Source: Eledone cirrhosa (lineage: Eukaryota). Taken from it: a stretch of DNA of 64,000 nucleotides. The stretch spans positions 17,918,001-17,982,000 of the forward strand of contig OZ024763.1 of assembly GCA_964016885.1 (NCBI GenBank). The letters are read 5' to 3'. Within the stretch, counting starts at the first letter, position 1. Every line of letters starts with the position of its first letter. A program made the translations under genes and the position numbers. Of this stretch, positions 14,345 to 29,347 are shown piece by piece. A model generated the notes under the pieces. That model had not been told where the DNA came from, ran no database searches, and worked only from the letters and a program-made list of their open reading frames with translations.

Positions 14345-17300
14345 TTTGAGATAATATAGATGAAACATTTGAGATAATATAGATGAAACATTTGAGATAA
14401 TATAGATGAAACATTTGAGATAATATAGATGAAACATTTGAGATAATATAGATGAAACATTTGAGATAATATAGATGAAACATTTGAGATAATATAGAGG
14501 AAAATTTTGAGATAATGTAGATGAAAAATTTGAGATAATATAGAGGAAAGTTTTGAGATAATGTAGATGAAAAATTTGAGATAATATTAGAGGAAAATTT
14601 TGAGATAATGTAGATGAAAAATTTGAGATAATATAGAGGAAAATTTTGAGATAATGTAGATGAAAAATTTGAGATAATATTAGAGGAAAATTTTGAGATA
14701 ATGTAGATGAAAAATTTGAGATAATATTAGAGGAAAATTTTGAGATAATGTAGATGAAAAATTTGAGATAATGTAGATGAATAATTTGAGATAATATAGA
14801 GGAAAATTTTGAGATAATGTAGATGAAAAATTTGAGATAATATAGAGGAAAATTTTGAAATAATGTAGATGAAAAATTTGAGATGATGTAGATGAAGAAT
14901 TTGAGATAATGTAGAGGAAAATTTTGAGATAATGTGCATGAAAAATTTGAGATAATATAGATGAAAATTTTGAGATAATAATAAATTTAATTTCATATAA
15001 TATATATAATAATTTGAGATAATATAGAGGAAAATTTTGAGATAATACAGATGAAAAATTTGAGATAATAAATATAATTTGATATAATATACAGGGTGGT
15101 CCGAAAGTCTTGTCACCAAAAAGTAATGAGAAACAGTTTATGTTCTCATCGCACTATTGTCCTTTTCGGAGGAGCTGGTTTGCTGAATCTTGCAGTAAAG
15201 TCATGTCACACATCCTCCATGCTCTTGCCAGAATACACACGATCATGTGTCCATACACTTGCAAGCAGTCTTCCTTCCAAACTGTAGGAGCTCTGAAATA
15301 GAAAATTATATTATTATTATTATTACGGGGTCGATAAAATAAAGTACCAGTAATGCACTGGGTAATTGCTGGCCTTGTGCCAAAAGTAGAAACAATTATT
15401 ATTATATATTTATATATAGGCGGCGGATTGGCAGTATCGGTAGAGGGTCGGACGCCATGCTTTGCAGCATAGTTATGTCCCTTTACATTCTGAGTTCAAA
15501 TCCCGCCGAGTTTAACTTTGCCTTTCATCCTTACGGGGTCGATAAAATAAAGTACCAGTAATGTACTAGGTAATTGCTGGCCCTGTGCCAAAAGTACAAA
15601 CAATTATTATTATATATTATAATGCTTTCCAGCATAGTTACGTCCCTTTACGATCTGAGTTCAAATCCCGCCGAGGTTGACTTTGCCTTTTATCCTTACG
15701 GGGTCGATAAAATAAAGTACCAGTAATGCACTCTGGGTAATTGCTGGCCTTGTGCCTAAAGTAGAAACAATTATATATTATAATTACTGATATTATATAT
15801 TATATTATCAAAACAAAAAAATAATGAAAGTTAAAACAATATTTGACAAGGGATGACAAGACTTTCTGACTACCCTGTATATGATAATTTGAGATAATAT
15901 AGATGAACATTTTCAGATAATATCGATGAACATTTTCAGATAATATCGATGAACATTTTGAGATAATATAGATGAACATTTTGAGATAATATAGATGAAC
16001 ATTTTGAGATAATATAGATGAACATTTTGAGATAATATAGATGAACATTTTGAGACAATATAGATGAACATTTTGAGATAATATAGATGAACATTTTGAG
16101 ACAATATAAATGAACATTTTCAGATAATATAGATGAACATTTTGAAATAATATAGATGAACATTTTGAGATAATATAGATGAACATTTTGAGATAATATC
16201 GATAAATATTTTGAGATAATATCGATGAACATTTTTAGATAATATAGATGAACATTTTGAGATAATATAGATGAACATTTTGAGACAATATAGATGAACA
16301 TTTTCAGATAATATAGATGAACATTTTGAAATAATATAGCTGAACATTTTGAGATAATATAGATGAACATTTTGAGATAATATAGATGAGCATTATGAGA
16401 TAATATAGATGAACATTATGAGATAATATCGATGAACATTTTGAGATAATATAGATGAACATTTTGAGATAATATAGATGAACATTTTGAGATAATATAG
16501 ATGAACATTTTGAGATAATATAGATGAACATTTTGAAATAATATAGATGAACATTTTGAAATAATATAGATTAACATTTTGAGATAATATAGATGAACAT
16601 TTTGAGATAATATCGATGAACATTTTGAAATAATATAGATGAATATTTTGAAATAATATAGATGAACATTTTGAGATAATATCGATGAACATTTTGAGAT
16701 AATATCGATGAACATTTTGAGATAATATCGATGAACATTTTGAGATAATATCGATGAACATTTTCAGATAATATCGATGAACATTTTGAGATAATATAGA
16801 TGAACATTTTGAGATAATATAGATGAACATTTTGAGATAATATAGATGAACATTTTGAGATAATATAGATGAACATTTTGAGACAATATAGATGAACATT
16901 TTGAGATAATATAGATGAACATTTTGAGACAATATAAATGAACATTTTCAGATAATATAGATGAACATTTTGAGATAATATAGATGAACATTTTGAATTA
17001 ATATAGATGAACATTTTGAGATAATATAGATGAACATTTTGAGATAATATCGATAAATATTTTGAGATAATATCGATGAACATTTTTAGATAATATAGAT
17101 GAACATTTTGAGATAATATAGATGAACATTTTGAGACAATATAGATGAACATTTTCAGATAATATAGATGAACATTTTGAAATAATATAGCTGAACATTT
17201 TGAGATAATATAGATGAACATTTTGAGATAATATAGATGAGCATTATGAGATAATATAGATGAACATTATGAGATAATATCGATGAACATTTTGAGATAA

Positions 17301-18230
17301 TATAGATGAACATTTTGAGATAATATAGATGAACATTTTGAGATAATATAGATGAACATTTTGAGATAATATAGATGAACATTTTGAAATAATATAGATG
17401 AACATTTTGAAATAATATAGATTAACATTTTGAGATAATATAGATGAACATTTTGAGATAATATAGATGAACATTTTCAGATAATATAGATGAACATTTT
17501 AAGATAATATAGATGAACATTTTGAGATAATATAGATGAACATCTTCAGATAATATAGATGAACATTTTGAGATAATATAGATGAACATTTTGAGATAAT
17601 ATAGATGAGCATTATGAGATAATATAGATGAACATTATGAGATAATATCGATGAACATTTTGAGATAATATAGATGAACATTTTGAGATAATATAGATGA
17701 ACATTTTGAGATAATATCGATGAACATTTTGAGATAATATAGATGAACATTTTGAAATAATATAGATGAACATTTTGAGATAATATAGATGAACATTTTG
17801 AGATAATATCGATAAATATTTTGAGATAATATAGATGAACATTTTGAGATAATATCGATGAACATTTTGAAATAATATAGATGAATATTTTGAAATAATA
17901 TAGATGAACATTTTGAGATAATATCGATGAACATTTTGAGATAATATCGATGAACATTTTGAGATAATATAGATGAACATTTTGAGATAATATCGATGAA
18001 CATTTTGAGATAATATCGATGAACATTTTGAGATAATATAGATGAACATTTTGAGATAATATAGATGAACATTTTGAAATAATATAGATGAACATTTTGA
18101 GATAATATCGATGAACATTTTGAGATAATATAGATGAACATTTTGAGATAATATAGATGAACATTTTGAAATAATATCGATGAACATTTTGAGATAATAT
18201 AGATGAACATTTTGAGATAATATAGATGAA
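14345..18230. repeat. 23-bp AT-rich satellite, split by a DNA transposon
   Basis: Unit GAGATAATATAGATGAACATTTT and variants on both sides of 15092-15877. Confidence 0.95.
15092..15877 (-). mobile_element. Internally deleted Tc1/mariner-type transposon with DUF4817-like HTH transposase relic and nested SINEs
   Basis: TIRs CAGGGTGGTCCGAAAGTCTTGTCACC (15092-15117) and rc CAGGGTAGTCAGAAAGTCTTGTCATC (15852-15877), both flanked by TA. Minus translation YSLEGRLLASVWTHDRVYSGKSMEDV*HDFTARFSKPAPPKRTIVR*EHKLF. Confidence 0.8.
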
Positions 18231-19324
18231 AAATCAGATACTTGGATACTTCTGTAACATCATCAATAGTTTGACCAAATAATTGACACCACATAAACCA
18301 ACCCATGGTACCTGAGGTCACCTGATCTGCTGCCCAATTTTTTAATTGTTAGTGTTATTGTATTTATTTTATTATTTTTGCCTTTTAGTTTTTTAGTTTT
18401 TTATTAAATGTTTTGAAACAACAGAAAGAAAACATGGTACACCTGGCAAACACCTATTGGTCCCGTTCATTGGCTGGTATTTACTATCTTGATTATGTCT
18501 CTGATATCCTTCCATACTTAACTGTCTCACTGTCTATCTATCTATCTGTCTATCTATTTATCTACCAGTCAGTCCAAACACTACCACACCATTACAACTA
18601 ACAATACTACTACCAACACTACCACACCACCACTACTACCACCAATACTACAACAACTACTAAGCAACTACATTACAGACAGTAATCCTGCTCTGTTTGA
18701 CTGTCTGTCTGTCTATTACCAGTCATTCCAGACACTACCACACTACTACTACTACCAATACCACTACTACCACAACTACTACTACAACTACACTACAGAC
18801 AGTAATGCTACTCTATTTATCTGCCTGTCTACCAGTCAGTCCAGACACTACCACACCACTACAACTAACAACACTACCACACCACACTACTACCACCAAT
18901 ACTACTACTCCAACTACTACTACTACATTACAGACAGTAATTTTGCTCTGTCTGTCTGTCAATCTGTCAGTCAATACACTACCACACCACACTACAACTA
19001 CCTACACTACCACAACACTACTACCAACACTACCACACCACACTACAACTACCAACACTACCACACCACACTACAACTACCAACACCAACACTATCACAC
19101 CACACTACAACTACCTACACTACCGCACCACACTACAACTACCAATACTACCACAACACTACTACCAACACTACCACACAACACTACAACTACCAACACT
19201 ACCACACCACACTACAACTACCAACACTACCAACACTACCACACCACACCACCAATACTACTACAACTACACAACTACATTACAAACATTTTTCTTGTGT
19301 ATCATACTAAATCAAGAAACGTTT

Positions 19325-19359
<35 letters not shown>

Positions 19360-19950
19360 ATACTAATAATGTTAATAATAATAATAATAATAATAACTAT
19401 GATAGTAATATTATTACAAATGCTTCTTTTTAAAAAAAATACGAAAAAAACTAAAAAAAAACACGTACAGTCACCTTTTGGAAAAACATAAAATCTCTTA
19501 TTTTGGGTTGTTTTTTTGTATTTTTGAGTTGTTTATTTTTAATGTTTTTTGTTGTTGTTGTTTCTATGTTTTGTTGAAATAAATTGTTTTTATTTGATAA
19601 AACAACAACAAAAATAATGATAATAGTGGTTTCTTTATTGGCCTCAAGGGCCGACATATAGGGGACAATACAATAGACAGGGACAATGGGGGTTTACAAA
19701 GATATCTCGTAAAAATAAGAAAAACATTGTACTGTGTTGTTTGTTTTGATGTTTCCATTTACTTTTTGCATATATATACAATGTATATATATATATATAT
19801 ATATACGTTATATGTATATATATATATATATATATAAATATACATACATACTTTATATGTATATATATATATATAAATATACATACATACTTTATATGTA
19901 TATATGTATATATATATATATTACATACATTATATATTTATATATATATA

Positions 19951-20012
<62 letters not shown>

Positions 20013-21050
20013 CATACACTATATATATGTGTATATATATATATAAGGGCAGTGCCCGAGCATGGCCTCAGGCGGATGGCTGGAACAGGTAAAAGAGTAA
20101 AAGAGATATATATATATGTTTAAATTTGGTGGTTCCACTAAGAATTCTTCCCCATATGAAACCATGGTAGGGAGATCTATAAATAAGCGAAGTTAGCTAG
20201 TATACTGTTTTTGTCTATCTTATTTATACTCCCAGAATTAGAGTTTCTTCTCATTTAATTTTAATATATAATATTGCTTCTCTTAGAGATTTCTCTCATT
20301 GAGATGTATAAGTATTAGAAACTAATTAACCTTTAATTAATATATATATATATATATATATATATCCCCACACTGTAAATGTGGTTGGTGTTAGGAAGGG
20401 CATCCAGCTGTAGAAAACCCGCCAGACAGTCCTATGCGAGCAAGACAACCACTCTTGCCTCAAGTGGGAAAACCCCTGTCCAAACCCATGCAAGCGTGGA
20501 ACACGGACGTTAAACGTTGATGATGATGATGATCATATAATAACTAGAGGTTGATTAACATATAAATATACATGAATAATCACAGGAGATAATTTTTGCT
20601 CGCGTGAAACCACGCATAGCTAGTATAGGTAATATTTACCTTTAAGAGTGATTAACCTTTCCTTGTATATATCCCATTAAAGAAATATATTTCACCAATT
20701 AATCAGATGGTAAGTCACGGATAGTGGATATTATTGGATTGTCAACAAGGAAACTTTAATAATTTCCAGCTATTCGTCCTTACAGAGTGAGTTCAAATCT
20801 TCAACTAGCCATCACCACGTGTTGCGTCCACACAAGATAGCGGTTTCGTTTCAGTGGCGTGAATAGGTATTCGACAACTAAAAATAGCAGTCAAATTCTC
20901 TTCAACAGAAATAGCTCTACAATTAAGGAGCCGTATATATATATCTAAATCCAAAATTACGATAAAATGAATTAAATGAATTTAATCTAAATCGAAATCA
21001 TGGGTGCCATGACATAATGCATGCGCCATAAATCCTGGATTTTTGAATTT

Positions 21051-21084
<34 letters not shown>

Positions 21085-21667
21085 AGTTGACGAGACTAGT
21101 TCACTGCTAGTACCGGCTGCATCTCAGCATACTCAATAGGTAAGGTTATGTAAAAATCCCAGAGTAGACACATAGTTATTCACTTTAACACAACACAGGT
21201 AAATGAGTACCTTTAATCTATACCCGAACTCGTGTTTCTGCTACACTTAATGCAGCAATAGAGTGCACATCATCCACTGTCTGCATTTATTATGCTACAA
21301 TGCACAATCAGCGCATGTGGCTTCATCAGCGGGTTTCACCTAATCAATAACCAATCGATTGACAGAATTCGATTCCAGTCCATATATATATATATATATA
21401 TATATACAGAGAGAGACTGCATTGCTGAGACCTGGGAGTACTCAATACATGGGGAGATGCAGAGTGGGTATACGGATATGTAAAATCCCAACCGTGGCAC
21501 CAAGCAATTTCGGTTTGTGTATTCAGCAATCCTTTTCAAGGGTGCAGTCATATATATATGTGTGTGTACCCCAGGTTCAATCAGGGGTAACCACAGTAAG
21601 TAAGGTACTCAATACATCATTTCTTCTGAATTAAACAGTTCTAGTCCTGTAGAAGCCATTTCTATAT

Positions 21668-21704
<37 letters not shown>

Positions 21705-22829
21705 ATAATTGTTTCTACATTTGGCACAAGGCCAGCAATTACCCAGTGTATTACTGGTACTTTATTTTATCGACCCCGAAAGGATGAAAGGCAAAGTTAA
21801 CCTTAAATTTGAAGACTAAAATCCAAAGAGGGCTCGATAAGGATAAATATATATCAAATATATAAGAACCGTAGAGCAAATATTTATTAAAGTTTCAGAA
21901 GATCCTGCTAAGGGTGAAAGCAGTGATTCTTTGCTTAAACTTTAATCTGTTATTTTAATAAATATATATATATATATATATATGCAAAAGTCAAACGGAA
22001 ATAACAAAACAAACAACACAGTACAACAAAGAGATATATTATTAGTTTTACGCTTGATATAGTAGGGAAAGAGTCAACGTTTCGGACACTAGTCCTTCAT
22101 CAGAAGAAAGAATGAGAAATTAAAACAAGAAATAGAAAGATTGAGACAGGCAGGGCGGAAACAAAAAAGATTTTTGTAGAGAAAAATAACAGGTCCATCT
22201 CTTGGAAAACTGTTGATGTTGGTGTTTTGTGTATGATATACTTTTTTTGAAAAGGTGGTGATCAAGTGCGTCTATCTGAAAATGAAACAAAACAGTCTTG
22301 TATTACCCATTTAATAAATTACCCATTTAATAAAATATTACCCATTAAATATTACCTATTTAATAAAATAAATAAAAAATAACATTAGAGAAGAACCACT
22401 AAGATTTATAGCAGGGGGGGGGGGGTTATAATTTTTTAATTTTTTAAGTAATATTTCATTTATAACTATTATTATTGTTGTTGTTGTTGTTATGAAATGA
22501 TGTATCGGTTTTATAGTCTATGACATTTCCTTTTAAAAACAGCCGACTTGCTGTTCATTTGTGTATTATCATCATTATTATTATTACACGGTGGATTGGT
22601 AGAATCGGTAGAGCGTCGGACAACATGCTAGAGTGGCATAGAGTTGCGTCCCTTTACGTTCTGATTTGAAATCCCCGCCGAGGTTAGCTTTACCTTTCAT
22701 CCTTACAGGGTCGATAAAATAAAGTACCAGTCACGCACTGGGGTCGATTTAATCGACTTTCCCCTTGCCCCCCTCCCCCCAAAAAAAAATTTGCTGGCCT
22801 TGTGCCTAAATCTGAAACCATTATTATTA

Positions 22830-22865
<36 letters not shown>

Positions 22866-22965
22866 TTTTATTTTCCTTTGGTTTCGCTCTATATGCAATG
22901 GCTGCCGAGTACCAACCAGACACTCAGGGCAGCCATCTTTGGTTTTGACAGTTTTCAATAGCTTC

Positions 22966-23007
<42 letters not shown>

Positions 23008-23879
23008 ACTAATATCAATATTACTTCTTAACTCAGGACATTTGGTCTTTTAAAGATCTCAGTGTAAAACTCTTGGAGGAATGTGTGTTGTGTGCAGTGG
23101 AGGAAGATGTGGGGGGGGGGGGTTATGTGGGAGAGAAAGTGATGTGAGAGGGATATATAATAGTGTGTGTGTGTAATGTATGTACGTGTTTGTTTGTGTG
23201 TGATGTGTGTGTGTGAGTGTGTGTGTGCAAATGAAAATGAAAAGGGTGAGAGAGAGAGAGAAAGAACAAGAGAGAGTAAGAGAGAGAGAGAAAGATTGTG
23301 AGTGAAAGAAAAAGCCGTGGAGTGTGGTTTTGTGCCATGTAAGTGTTGGAGTCGCAGAGGAGGTGTCTGAATGAAACTTTAGTGTCTAGAAGTGTGCTGT
23401 AGTAGATTTGTAAGGGGATATGAACAACAATAATAACAACAAAAACAACAAAAAAATTTTAAAAAAATAATAAATAAATAAATAAATAAAAGAAGAAAAA
23501 AAAAAGCTAAAAAAAAAATAATATACATTGTATGTAAAACAAACGAAAAGATATGATGGCGATGATGATGATGATGCTGATGACTATGATGATGGTGGTG
23601 GGAATAATGATAATAAACGAAGTGATGAAAATGTAAAACTGGATTAATTTGCTGTTTTTTCTTTCAACCTGTCTTTGTGACCCTGTGTGACCTTTGCCTC
23701 TTTTATCCTCTTCAGGGAACTCAAGTTTGGATGATCCCCCACCCTGTGCCATACGGGGTTGGTTTTCATATCCCCAATTTTTCTTCTAACATTTGGCTTT
23801 TCTCTTTGTTTTTTGGTGGTGGGGGGGGGGGGGGGTCGTTTTGATTCTTTTTAATGTTTATTTTTTTTAGGAATGAAGT

Positions 23880-25295
23880 CAACTTTGGCAATGGACCTCG
23901 ACCTGTCCTGGTAATGGGCCGTCAACCTGTCCTAGAAATGGACCATGAACATGTCTTGACAATGGACTGTCAACCTGTCTTGGAGATGGACTGTCAACCT
24001 GTCTTGGAGATGGACTGTCAACCTGTCTTGGTGATGGACTTCAACCTGTCTTGACAATGGGTCTGTCAACCTGTCTTGGCGATGGACTGTCAACCTGTCT
24101 TGGCGATGGACTGTCAACCTGTCTTGGTGATGGACTGTCAACCTGTCTTGGTGATGGGCTGTCAACCTGTCTTGGCGATGGACTGTCAACCTGTCTTGGT
24201 GATGGGCTGTCAACCTGTCTTGGCGATGGACTGTCAACCTGTCTTGGCGATGGACTGTCAACCTGTCTTGGCGATGGACTGTCAACCTGTCTTGGAGATG
24301 GACTGTCAACCTGTCTTGGTGATGGACTGTCAACCTGTCTTGGCGATGGGCTGTCAACCTGTCTTGGCAATGGACTGTCAACCTGTCTTGGAGATGGACT
24401 GTCAACCTGTCTTGGCGATGGACTGTCAACCTGTCTTGGCGATGGACTGTCAATCTGTCTTGGCGATGGACTGTCAACCTGTCTTGACAATTGGACATCA
24501 ACCTGTCTTGGTGATGAACTGTCAACCTGTCTTGACAATGGGTCTATCAACCTGTCTTGACATTGGGACATCAACCTCTCTTGGTGATGGACTGTCAACC
24601 TGTCTTGGCAATGGGTCTGTCAACCTGTCTTGGTGATGGACTGTCAACCTGTCTTGGCGATGGACTGTCAATCTGTCTTGGCGATGGGCTGTCAACCTGT
24701 CTTGGCAATGGGTCTGTCAACCTGTCTTGGTGATGGACTGTCAACCTGTCTTGGCGATGGACTGTCAATCTGTCTTGGCGATGGGCTGTCAACCTGTCTT
24801 GGTGATGGGCTGTCAACCTGTCTTGGCGATGGACTGTCAACCTGTCTTGGTGATGGGCTGTCAACCTGACTTGGCGATGGACTGTCAACCTGTCTTGACA
24901 ATGGGACATCAACCTGTCTTGGTGATGAACTGTCAACCTGTCTTGACAATGGGTCTATCAACCTGTCCTGACATTGGGACATCAACCTCTCTTGGTGATG
25001 GACTGTCAACCTGTCTTGGTGATGGACTGTCAACCTGTCTTGACAATGGGACATCAACCTCTCTTGGTGATGGACTGTCAACCTGTCTTGGCAATGGGTC
25101 TGTCAACCTGTCTTGGTGATGGACTGTCAACCTGTCTTGGCGATGGACTGTCAACCTGTCTTGGCAATGGGTCATCAACCTGTCTTGGTGATGGACTGTC
25201 AACCTGTCTTTGCAATGGGACATCAACCTGTCTTGGTGATGGGACATCAACCTGTCCTAGCAATGGACCTGTGACATATCCTGGCGATAGGCTGT
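23880..25295. repeat. 24/25-bp minisatellite, more than 50 copies
   Basis: Unit TGGACTGTCAACCTGTCTTGGYGA with CAATGGG variants. Confidence 0.95.
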
Positions 25296-25329
25296 CAATT
25301 CTTCTTCTTCTCGTCATAGAGGTAGAGTC

Positions 25330-25550
25330 CTCATATTTACACTGTGGCAGGTCTTCGAGAAATCGTGAGAGTATTGCCAAGAAGTATATTCTTGTTATGT
25401 CAGCCTTGAAAAGCCATATGACCTCAGGACCTACTGTGGAAGGTTCTGCAGGAGTTTGGGATCAATCATCAGATCCTTGCTGCCCTGATGTCTCTATGAG
25501 AATGTCCAACTATTTGTGTTCAGATAAATGGAACTAAATCGAAACCAATA
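25330..25550 (+). mobile_element. RTE-clade reverse-transcriptase fragment
   Basis: LIFTLWQVFEKS*EYCQEVYSCYVSLEKPYD...LLWKVLQEFGI, resembling IFTLRQI.EK..EY....FVDLEKAYD. Confidence 0.75.
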
Positions 25551-26033
25551 GTTTAATCCTGATATATATATATGAAGGCGCATGGCTTAGTGGCTAGAGC
25601 ATTGGGCTTGCAATCGAAAGGTTGTGAGTTCAATTCTCAGACCAGGTGTTGTGTTGTTTCCTTGAGCAAGACACTTTATTTCACATTGCTCCAGTTTACT
25701 CAGCTGTAGAAATGAGATGATAGGGACTGGGGCCCATATCATTCTACTGCAAAGTGGTCTTGGAAGTGCCACGACAAAAAGCACCCAGCCCACACTGTAA
25801 AGTGGATGCCACGGAAAAAAAGCACCCAGCACTCACTGTAAATGAGGTTGGTGTTAGGAAGGGCATCCAGCTGTAAAAATCAAGCCAGAATCAGTTCCCG
25901 TATGAGCAAGACAAAGTCAGCCAACCAGACACTGCCCACAACAGGACAACCCGTCTAACCCATGCTAGCGTGGAAGAACAGACGTAAAACAGTGATGATG
26001 ATGATATATATATACAATATTTAATATGGAAAT

Positions 26034-26135
26034 GGCTTCTACAGGACTAGAACTGTTTCATTCAAAGGAACTCATCAGGCAAGCCCTTTCCTGATGACTT
26101 CCTTCAAATGAAACAGTTCTAGTCCTGAAGAAACC
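26034..26135. ncRNA. Back-to-back pair of H1 hammerhead motifs
   Basis: Minus: CUGAUGA-GUUCcuuuGAAU-GAAA-CAG..CUG-UA. Plus: CTGATGA..GAAACAGTTCTAGTCCTGAA, with the cleavage site degenerate. Confidence 0.6.
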
Positions 26136-27787
26136 ATTTCTATATTAACTATTGTATATATTCTACTCATGTATTGAGTACCTTACTTACTGTGGTTACT
26201 CCTGATTGAACCCGGGAAACATATATATCATCATCATCATTTCATTTTACGTCCACTTTTCCCTGCTTGCAAGGGTGAGACGGGAACTGATTCTGGCTTG
26301 ATTTCTACAGCTGGATGCCCTTCCTAACACCAACCTCATTTACAGTGAGTGCTGGGTGCTTTTTTGCCGTGGCACCTCCACGACCACTTTGCAGTGGAAT
26401 GATAGAGACCCCAGTCCCTATCATCTCATTTCTACAGCTGAGTAAACTGGAGCAATGTGAAATAAAGTGTCTTGCTCAAGGAAACAACACATCACCCAGT
26501 CTGAGAATTGAACTCACAACTTTTAGATTGCCGCCAGTCCATTGCTCTAACCACTAAGCCATGTATATATATCATCATCATCATCATCATCATTTCATTT
26601 TACGGCCGCTTTTCCCTGCTTGCAAGGGTTGGACGGGAACTGATTCTGGCTTGATTTCTACAGCTGGATTCCTTCCTAACACCAACCTCATTTACAGTGA
26701 GGGGTGGGTGCTTTTTTTCCGTGGCGCCTACACGTCCACTTTACAGTGTGGGCTGGGTGCTTTTTTGCCGTGGCACTTCCACGACCACTCTACAGTGGAA
26801 TGATATGGACCCCAGTCCCTATCATCTCATTTCTACAGCTGAGTAAACTGGAGCAATGGGAAATAAAGTGTCTTGCTCAAGGAAACAACACATCACCCGA
26901 TCTGAGAATTGAACTCACAACCTTTCGATTGCAAGGCCAATGCTCTAACCACTAAGCCATATATATATATATATATATATGTGCACACACATACATCATA
27001 TAGTAAACATATATATTCACAGGCATATATATACACACACAAATGATAAATATGTATATATATATATAAAGGAACGATCGACTTTCGTCAAATCGGACCG
27101 AGGAAACAATGTTTCCGTTGGTCTTTCCAGTTGCTAATACTATCTATCGGTCGCAACTCCAGGTAGAAGGAGCAACGTGAAATAAAGTGTCTTGCTCAAG
27201 GACATAACGCATCACCTGGTCCAGGAATCGAACTCACAACCTCACAATTGCGAATCCAATTCTCTAACCACTCAGCCACACGCCTTCACATATATATATA
27301 TTGAGTTATAATTTTTTTTTTTTTAATAATCAACAAATTAAATAACTCAATATATATATATTGAGTTATTTAATTTGTTGATTATTCAAAAAAATTAGTT
27401 TATAATAGATTAGAAGCACTCTACAGTATTCTTCTGGAGTATAATATCAATAATATTAATAAATGGAAACTATCTTTTAAAACCATATTTATTTTATTAT
27501 ATATATTTCAGCAGTAAAATACAAAAGTTGTTTTACAGATAGTGACATATTCAATACAAGAACTTATCATTTTGAGTTCTATTTGGGTTCTATTCAAATA
27601 AAACTCAAAACATTAAGTTCTAGTTTGAATATGTCACTATCTGTAAAACAACTTTTGTATTTTATCTGATGAGTGCAAACCCAAAAAATGTTGGTACCCT
27701 TGAAATATATATAATAAAATAAATATGATTTTATAAATATAGTTTCCATTTATTAATATGATTGATATATATATATATATATATATA

Positions 27788-27889
27788 CAGGGTGTCCTGA
27801 AAAAATGTATACACATTTTGATTACCTGTACAGGCAAAATTTATTAGAATGCTGTTAAAGTGTGTATACATCTTTTGGGGGACACCCTT
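27788..27889. mobile_element. Tc1/mariner-type MITE, about 100 bp
   Basis: CAGGGTGTCC..AAAAATGTATACACA and its inverse TGTGTATACATCTTTTGGGGGACACCCT, flanked by TA. Confidence 0.7.
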
Positions 27890-28234
27890 TATATATATCA
27901 TCATCATCATCATCATCACCGTTTTACGTCCGTTCTTCCACGCTAGCATGGGTTAGACGGGTTGTCCTGTTGTGGGCAGTGTCTGGTCGGCTGACCATGC
28001 CTTGCTCATACAGGAACTGATCTGGCTTGATTTCTACAGCTGGATGCCCTTCCTAACACCAACCACATTTACAGTGAGTGCTGGGTGCTTTTTTGCCGTG
28101 GCACCTCCACGACAACTTTGCAGTGGAATGATAGGGACCCCAGTCCTTATCATCTCATTTCTACAGCTGAGTAAACTGGAGCAATGTGAAATAAAGTGTC
28201 TTGCTCAAGGAAACAACACATCACCCGGTCTGAG

Positions 28235-28274
<40 letters not shown>

Positions 28275-28359
28275 TACGGAACTTACTAAAAATCACTTCA
28301 CCTTCCAATTAGTCCAAATATATCCACAACACCATTCAGACCATACACTGTCTCTCCCG

Positions 28360-28401
<42 letters not shown>

Positions 28402-28437
28402 TGGTGTGGATATACACACACACACACACATATATAT

Positions 28438-28482
<45 letters not shown>

Positions 28483-28494
28483 TGGTGTGGATAT

Positions 28495-28561
<67 letters not shown>

Positions 28562-28637
28562 TGGTGTGGATATACACACACACACATATATATGTTATAT
28601 ATATATATATATTTTTTATTTTTTTATTTTATAGAAG

Positions 28638-28687
28638 GAGCTTCTACAGGACTAGTACTGTTTCATTCAGATGAAATCTTCAGGAAG

Positions 28688-28690
<3 letters not shown>
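28638..28690 (-). ncRNA. Minimal type I hammerhead ribozyme motif (family H1)
   Basis: GGGCUUC-CUGAAGA-uUUCAucUGAAu-GAAA-CAG(uacuaguc)CUG-UA/GAAGCUC. Confidence 0.75.
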
Positions 28691-28718
<28 letters not shown>

Positions 28719-29288
28719 GGTGTGTATATATACAAACATATATAATAAAGATATATATTCACTGACAGATTCATACATATATATAGTAAACATATATTCA
28801 CAGGCATATATATACACATTAATGAACATATATATATATAGGCACATGGCTTAGTGGTTAGAGCAATTCTCAGACCGGGTGATGTGTTGTTTCCTTGAGC
28901 AAGACACTTTATTTCACATTGCTCCAGTTTACTCAGCTGTAGAAATGAGATGATAGGGACTGGGGTCCCTATCATTCCACTGCAAAGTGGTCGTGGAGGT
29001 GCCACGGCAAAAAAGCACCCAGCACTCACTGTAAATGAGGTTGATGTTAGGAAGGGCATCCAGCTGTAGAAATCAAGCCAGAATCAGTTCCCGTCCCACC
29101 CTCGCAAGCAGGGAAAAGGCGGACGTAAAATGAAATGATGATGATGATGATGATATATATAAATATACGTACATACATTTCACATCTACTGATTATCAAC
29201 CCACATTGAGCTTAAACCCCACTTTGCTAAATATATAGTTGTTTTCTCTACTTATCTGAACTTATATATATGTGTGTATGTGTCTATA

Positions 29289-29347
<59 letters not shown>

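Noticed and set aside
26315-26955. Recurrent ORF ...LQLSKLEQCEIKCLAQGNN... as a gene family
   Set aside because: Antisense translation of SINE B copies.
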